From positions 1 through 30,982 of the IMG/VR virus record IMGVR_UViG_3300032373_001140: DNA of 30,982 bases; one strand, written 5' to 3'. This DNA comes from a virus (lineage: Duplodnaviria; Caudoviricetes). Both the position numbers and the translations under genes were made by a program. The number at the start of each line of letters is the position of its first letter. The first letter of the stretch is position 1. The notes beneath the pieces are model-generated. The model was not told the DNA's origin. It made no database searches and saw only the letters and a program-made list of their open reading frames with translations. Below, one piece after another: positions 26,220-30,982 of the stretch.

Positions 26220-27629
26220 ATGACATTACCCAATTTCACAACCCAGTCGGCGGCGGACTATAAGGCGAATATTGACGCCTTTGCCGCCGGGCGGTTTTAC
26301 GTTCACGAACAGGCAACGCCGGACATGACGGCGTTGGTCGATACGGGGCGGCTGCATAACGTCGATACGGACACGTTGACCGTCAAGGTGGCGCAGAATA
26401 CGGCGACGATCACCGCACCCTCGACCAATCCGCGTTATGATATCGTTTACATAGATGAAACCACGGCAACGGTTGGCGTTGCGACAGGTGCGGAAGCGGC
26501 CAGCCCGTCCGACCCGGCCATCCCGACTGGCAAGATACCGCTGGCGCGGATCAGCTTGGCGACGTCAACGACGACGATCACTGATGCAATCATCACCAAC
26601 CTCACACCAGATCATCTGACCGGGTTTCTCAAGCCGGACGGCGACGGGTCCAGCCTTCTGAACGTCGGTGGGGCGTCTGAGACCGATATGCGCCTGGCCT
26701 TCCTGATGATCGCCGAGAATGCCGGGGATCGGCTCAACATGGTCGACGGTATTGCCGATCCGTTGATGGACGAAACGGATATTGATACGGCGACAAGTAC
26801 CAACGAAATTTACGACGCCGCCGGTGACTTCTATTCTGGAACGCCGGGGAGTGATGTATTGATTACTGGCGGGACGGTTGGCGGTGACATGACCGGAGGT
26901 GGCGGCAACGCGGCGGCGGTCGACGGCACCACATCACAGACAAACGCCAACTCGGCGCAGGGCGCGGCATCTGATACTGTCACTCAGGTCGGCAAGGACT
27001 GGGGTGGGGCCAAGACGGTGACCGCGTGGAAGGTCTATGCCAGTTCGGAAAACTTCATTGTCGGAAATTCCGACGCCGTCACCTGCACCCTGCAGGGTGC
27101 CGACGACAGCACCAATATCAACGACGGCACCTGGACCGATATCGACAGTCTGGGCGGCCTGAGCGGCGACGCGACCGGGCTTGTTGTCGACCGCGCAGTC
27201 GGCAGCGCGACGCCTTACGAGGCCTTGCGGGTCAAGTTCACGGGAAATTCAGGGACGGGTAGCGGCTATTACGTTTGCGCCGAAGTCGAGTTCTACGAAG
27301 CGTCAGCACCCGCCAACATGACTTTGGTGTCGACCGCCTTCACGGCGGCCAGCGCGCCTGACACGGGCCGCGTGCATGTGCAGGTCAAGGAAAATGAAAC
27401 CATCACCGTTAACACCGACCTGACGGCGGAAATCAGCCGCGATGGTGGCACTACCTGGACGACGGCAACGCTGGTCCTGCAGGAAACACTGGCCGACGGC
27501 ACTAAAGCTTACGAGGATGATGACGTGACGATCTCTGGGCAACCGTCCGGAACCTCGATGAAATACCGGATCAAGACCCTGAATGCCAAGGATATCGAAG
27601 TGCACGGCGTCGTTCTGCAGTGGGCATAG
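26220..27629 (+). CDS. Tail fibre/receptor-binding protein with a discoidin (F5/8 type C)-like domain
   Basis: N-terminal TNPRYDIVYID anchor, Thr/Gly/Asp-rich, GKDWG...LQG...WTDI...YEALRV...AEVEFYE, SRDGGTTW. Confidence 0.75.
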   Translation: MTLPNFTTQSAADYKANIDAFAAGRFYVHEQATPDMTALVDTGRLHNVDTDTLTVKVAQNTATITAPSTNPRYDIVYIDETTATVGVATGAEAASPSDPAIPTGKIPLARISLATSTTTITDAIITNLTPDHLTGFLKPDGDGSSLLNVGGASETDMRLAFLMIAENAGDRLNMVDGIADPLMDETDIDTATSTNEIYDAAGDFYSGTPGSDVLITGGTVGGDMTGGGGNAAAVDGTTSQTNANSAQGAASDTVTQVGKDWGGAKTVTAWKVYASSENFIVGNSDAVTCTLQGADDSTNINDGTWTDIDSLGGLSGDATGLVVDRAVGSATPYEALRVKFTGNSGTGSGYYVCAEVEFYEASAPANMTLVSTAFTAASAPDTGRVHVQVKENETITVNTDLTAEISRDGGTTWTTATLVLQETLADGTKAYEDDDVTISGQPSGTSMKYRIKTLNAKDIEVHGVVLQWA

Positions 27630-27639
27630 GGAGAAAGTT

Positions 27640-27840
27640 ATGAGTGCTATACGATGGAAAACCGATGCCGACCGGGGCCGTCGGTTCGATAAGGACATCA
27701 AACATGACCCGGTCCTGCGGGCGTTGTTTGAAACCTTGTTCGATCAGGAAAAACGGTTGCGCGTACTGGAAGGAAAACCGCCGCTCAGTAAAGCGCAGGC
27801 GCGGGCGGCATTGCGGTCCAGGTTTGCGCGGACAGGATAG
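27640..27840 (+). CDS. Small basic hypothetical protein, possible fibre chaperone
   Basis: RBS GGGAG, ATG 27640; follows the fibre gene. Confidence 0.6.
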   Translation: MSAIRWKTDADRGRRFDKDIKHDPVLRALFETLFDQEKRLRVLEGKPPLSKAQARAALRSRFARTG

Positions 27841-27851
27841 AGGAGACAGTC

Positions 27852-28199
27852 GTGCATATTGGGGTCCTGACCGTCCTTGTGGCGGTTTTTTTATGCGCGC
27901 CGGTCAGCGCCCAGATCATGCAGCGTTCCGGTCCGGTCTGTGGTGAGCGCGGCTCGCTGATGGATCAGCTTAAACATAAATATTCCGAACAGCCCAAATC
28001 AATGGGGCTTGCGGCGAACGGTTCCGTCCTTGAGGTCCTGACCGCCCCGACCGGCACCTGGACCATTCTGTTGACGACCCCGCAAGGCATCACCTGTCTG
28101 ATCGCGGCGGGGGAGAATTGGGAAGATATGGAACAAGACACGTTGCCAGGGGGGGGGGTATTCGCCGTCATGATTTTAATGAAATACGGAGTGGTCTGA
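27852..28199 (+). CDS. Secreted hypothetical protein with signal peptide and two Cys in the mature part
   Basis: RBS GAGGAG; hydrophobic leader ending VSA-Q; C..R..L...L..KY.E...GL..NG.VLEV...GTWTIL..P.G..CL.AAGE.W. Confidence 0.75.
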   Translation: MHIGVLTVLVAVFLCAPVSAQIMQRSGPVCGERGSLMDQLKHKYSEQPKSMGLAANGSVLEVLTAPTGTWTILLTTPQGITCLIAAGENWEDMEQDTLPGGGVFAVMILMKYGVV

Positions 28200-28528
28200 T
28201 GCAGAGTTGGATACCGCCTGAACTGCAGGGGTCTTTCTGGCAAGGCCTGTCGGCCATTGCCCTGTCGTTTATGGGCCGCCTGTTGTGGCATGTGCGCGAG
28301 GTTCAGGGTAAGCGCCGCCAGTTCTGGTCGATTGACCTGGTGTGGGAATCGGTGACGGCGGTGTGCATCGGATTAGCCGGGCTGGGGGTTGCTGAATATA
28401 TGGATGTGGCTGGCAAGCCTGCGTTCGCGGTCATTATCTTTGTCGCCTATCTGGGGCCGCGCGGCCTTGAACACCTTCTGTTTTTTGTGATCGGAAAAGT
28501 GTCGGCGGCGCGAGGGGGTAAGTCATGA
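28199..28528 (+). CDS. Putative holin
   Basis: 109 aa with about three hydrophobic segments, GR...H and AYLGPRG motifs, basic C-terminus; directly upstream of the lysin. Confidence 0.8.
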   Translation: MQSWIPPELQGSFWQGLSAIALSFMGRLLWHVREVQGKRRQFWSIDLVWESVTAVCIGLAGLGVAEYMDVAGKPAFAVIIFVAYLGPRGLEHLLFFVIGKVSAARGGKS

Positions 28529-28956
28529 CGTCAAGAGGCATCAGAAACTTCAACCCCGGCAATATCGATTTTAACCAGGCGCAGTTCGCGCGCGACAAGT
28601 GGGTCGGTGAGGTTGGTCTTGAGGATCACCCGGAGGCGCGATTCACGACGTTCGAAAAACCGATTTACGGCATTCGTGCCGTCGGCAAAATTCTGCTGAC
28701 CTATCAGCGGAAATATGGTCTCAAGACGGTGCGCGGGATCGTCAACCGCTGGGCACCGCCGGTCGAGAACGCAACCGCATCTTATGTTGAGTTCGTTTCC
28801 GGTTGCATGTCGGTCGACCCGGACGAAGACATTGACCTGGTACGACGCCCAGCTGAATTCATGGCGCTGACGGCGGCGATCATCCGTATGGAAAACGGTC
28901 AGGTGCCCTATAGCAGAGAAGAAATCGCCGACGGGCTGACCCTGGCGCTCGCCTAG
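28525..28956 (+). CDS. Putative endolysin/lysozyme-like protein
   Basis: RGIRNFNPGNI, F..F....YG.RA...L..Y, I..RWAP..EN.T..Y, AII..ENG. Confidence 0.75.
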   Translation: MTSRGIRNFNPGNIDFNQAQFARDKWVGEVGLEDHPEARFTTFEKPIYGIRAVGKILLTYQRKYGLKTVRGIVNRWAPPVENATASYVEFVSGCMSVDPDEDIDLVRRPAEFMALTAAIIRMENGQVPYSREEIADGLTLALA

Positions 28957-29013
28957 TCAATTCCCCCGCCTCTCTCGTCGATCTCGTCATAAATAAACGA
29001 CCAAACCCCCACT

Positions 29014-29042
29014 GAGCGCGGCCTGACAGCTGGGCTTTTTTT
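29014..29042 (+). terminator. Weak terminator-like element after the lysin gene
   Basis: Imperfect stem AGCGCGGC-CTGACA-GCTGGGCT followed by a T tract. Confidence 0.35.
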
Positions 29043-29060
29043 GTTGTAAGGAGAGAATTA

Positions 29061-29828
29061 ATGCCGCGCTGGATCGTCATCAATGAGGACGGGACCTGGA
29101 ATGGCCGCTCGGACATTTCGCCGACCAATGTTTTGCTATTTCATAACGCCTGTGTGGATGCCGGGCATGTGTCGCTGTATTTTGCCGGGCCGGGGGATGA
29201 AGACGAAAATGGCTTTTTCGGCCACCTGATGGGCGGGGCGTTCGGGGCCGGGTGCCAAGAGATTTGCGACAATTCCCTGGCGGCGTTTAAGGCGGTGTAC
29301 CAGGAAGGCGACCGGATCGCGTTTTCCGCGTTTTCCCGTGGCGGCTCGAACGCTCGCAGCATTGCGTCGACACTGGCGAAGCAAGGCTATGACATCGACA
29401 CGCTGTTCATCTGGGAGACGGTCCATGCGCAGTTGCCGATCGGGCGCTGGCAGCAGACGTCATTGTTCCGCGATCTGCATGTGTCGCCAAAGGTGAAGCG
29501 GGCCTTCCATGCCTTATCGTTGGATGAAGACCGCGACGCCTTCGCGCCGAACCTGATGGAACCGCGTGACGGCATCACCCAGATGGTGTTCAGGGGCAAT
29601 CACGCCGATGTCGGAGGTGGTTACCAAAAGCGCGGCTTTGCAGATATCTCACTTCACTGGATGGCTGAGAATGCGCGGAGCGGAGGGCTTGAGATTGATC
29701 CGGCCAGCCTTCCGGAACTGGGGTCATCGCCCTCAGTGCTGCACCGGGAAGATTGGAAAGGGTCGCGTTCGAAACGGGTGTTTCCGCCGCATGTTGAATT
29801 TTATGACGGTATGACCCGCGCCGAATAA
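29061..29828 (+). CDS. DUF2235/Tle1-like alpha/beta hydrolase (phospholipase-like)
   Basis: DGTWN, TNV, AFSRGG nucleophile elbow, WETV, HALSLDEDR..F, FRGNHADVGGGY; RBS AAGGAG. Confidence 0.85.
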   Translation: MPRWIVINEDGTWNGRSDISPTNVLLFHNACVDAGHVSLYFAGPGDEDENGFFGHLMGGAFGAGCQEICDNSLAAFKAVYQEGDRIAFSAFSRGGSNARSIASTLAKQGYDIDTLFIWETVHAQLPIGRWQQTSLFRDLHVSPKVKRAFHALSLDEDRDAFAPNLMEPRDGITQMVFRGNHADVGGGYQKRGFADISLHWMAENARSGGLEIDPASLPELGSSPSVLHREDWKGSRSKRVFPPHVEFYDGMTRAE

Positions 29829-30264
29829 GACGGGGGACGGGCTGGACGTGCCGTGTCTGCTTGGAAGGGGTAGGTATTACGTAATGTCAGGGCGTGATGT
29901 CCGTCATATTCTAGTCACAATTTTGGCGTAGGATCACTCGATTGACTGAATTAGCCACTCAGATTCGCGAAAACGGTAGTAAAAATATTTAAATGTCAAT
30001 CTACCAAATGTGGTGGACATTGCGTATTTATTATCTATACGGGCTCAACATATTGAATGAAACGTCCGATGGTTCTTAGAAAACATGTCAAGATAATATT
30101 GCAAGCCCTCGGCATTCAGCCCATAGTTATTGTCGGTAAACGGCAAATCAAGCATTTATCAACACAAAAATATTTTGAAACTGTAAGGGGTCGTTAACGA
30201 AATACCCAATACGGTACAGGGAGAAGTCAGGGGGGAGAGTCCTGACGAAGAAAGGGTTTGAACC

Positions 30265-30546
30265 ATGTTTGTAGAACGACCAATCGCCAAGGTTGTTGAT
30301 GTCAGTATCGACAAGACGATGAGCGGGCTGTACGTGGCGAGTAGCGATGCTTTGCCTGGACTCCATATCTCCAGTCGTGATTTGGACGCGATTCGCGAGG
30401 ACTTGCCTAACGTAATCCGCGCCCTTTATGCCCACCAAGGCCTTTCTGTTTTTGCCGCAGAACTTGAAGACGGCGAAGATCATGGCGTTCCAAAGCAATG
30501 GGTGACGATGCCCGCATATGTTGCAGACCAAGCGTTAAGCGCGTAA
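30265..30546 (+). CDS. HicB/DUF1902-like small protein
   Basis: YVASSDALPGLHIS..DLD.IRE.LP.VI..LY fits the HicB N-terminal partial RNase H fold pattern. Confidence 0.6.
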   Translation: MFVERPIAKVVDVSIDKTMSGLYVASSDALPGLHISSRDLDAIREDLPNVIRALYAHQGLSVFAAELEDGEDHGVPKQWVTMPAYVADQALSA

Positions 30547-30579
30547 CCTATCTCCCGCTAGCATATAGGGGAGGCGGGA

Positions 30580-30801
30580 TTGACCGAAGATGACTATTAC
30601 GAAGCTCTTGGCAAAATGGGATTATCGCCGACCGCGTTGACCACAAACCTTACTGAAATATGGGAACGTAACGATAAGAGCGCTGTTTCAATCACAAAAG
30701 CGAGTACGTTGTCGCCAGAAGACCGGGCCGAGTCAATAGATTGGCTGAGAAAGCAACTAGGCCTTGATCCTAACTTTCCATTGATTCGCGGACCTCACTG
30801 A
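30580..30801 (+). CDS. Small hypothetical protein, possible HicA-like partner
   Basis: Strong RBS GGGAGG with TTG start; 73 aa, alpha-beta-beta-beta-alpha-like pattern. Confidence 0.5.
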   Translation: MTEDDYYEALGKMGLSPTALTTNLTEIWERNDKSAVSITKASTLSPEDRAESIDWLRKQLGLDPNFPLIRGPH

Positions 30802-30814
30802 AACTCACCCACGC

Positions 30815-30982
30815 CTAATCCCGTTTCTCATGACGAACCCTAACCACCTCCAGCGCGTCTTCCATGCTGTCCGCAGTGCCGCTATTGCCTATACATCCCC
30901 ATTGCAGGAACCAGCCCCATGAGCCTTTCTGGGCACCGTGTGGGTATCTGTAGACCCGCGCTATCATCTTCCCCTTATGCAT
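30815..30982 (-). CDS. Hypothetical protein, probably 5'-truncated by the window edge
   Basis: Reverse frame MHKGKMIARVYRYPHGAQKGSWGWFLQW...SGTADSMEDALEVVR...* is open to the window end. Confidence 0.55.
   Translation of the reverse strand: MHKGKMIARVYRYPHGAQKGSWGWFLQWGCIGNSGTADSMEDALEVVRVRHEKRD

Larger units (their letters stand above)
1..30982 (+). mobile_element. HK97/lambda-like temperate phage or prophage (replication, packaging, head, non-contractile tail and lysis modules); boundaries not visible
   Basis: Co-oriented, often overlapping genes in canonical order HNH-TerS-TerL-portal-protease-MCP-connectors-tube-TAC-TMP-tip-holin-lysin. Confidence 0.95.

Noticed and set aside
22905-27629. 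Diversity-generating retroelement or invertible tail-fibre cassette
   Set aside because: No reverse transcriptase, no near-identical TR/VR pair and no inverted fibre fragments were seen; the J repeats are highly diverged
29830-30264. tRNA, att site or LexA/CtrA boxes in the AT-rich intergenic region
   Set aside because: No cloverleaf, no GTTC-N7-GTTC or TTAA-N7-TTAA match noticed, and an att core cannot be identified without the other prophage end
1-30982. Genome-wide TAG recoding
   Set aside because: Only one internal TAG was seen, and several genes end properly at TAG immediately before the next gene

Overview
This window holds about 30 kb of an HK97/lambda-like tailed temperate phage or prophage, almost entirely on the + strand. 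The gene families suggest an alphaproteobacterial host (inference). Gene order: small early/accessory ORFs, a serine resolvase, MazG-like genes and an MT-A70 methyltransferase, then a replication initiator with internal iterons and a putative late regulator. Next come HNH, TerS, TerL, portal, Clp protease and major capsid protein, then a glycosyltransferase/methyltransferase cassette, head-tail joining genes and a non-contractile tail module. The right end has a holin, an endolysin-like gene, a Tle1/DUF2235-like lipase and AT-rich accessory DNA. No integrase, repressor, att site, RNA gene or CRISPR array was recognised. The most notable signal is a candidate virion-glycosylation system inside the head operon: a Maf/DUF115-like transferase, a SAM methyltransferase and a KpsS/GT107-like transferase. 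The Maf-like domain has no start codon ahead of its conserved N-terminal motif and appears to be fused to a small post-capsid protein by a second programmed -1 frameshift (G GGA AAG). Also notable are an in-frame amber codon splitting the J-like tail gene, a duplicated domain in J, and a lysis cassette with no recognisable spanin followed by a phospholipase. All family assignments come from motif recognition by eye; no searches were run.
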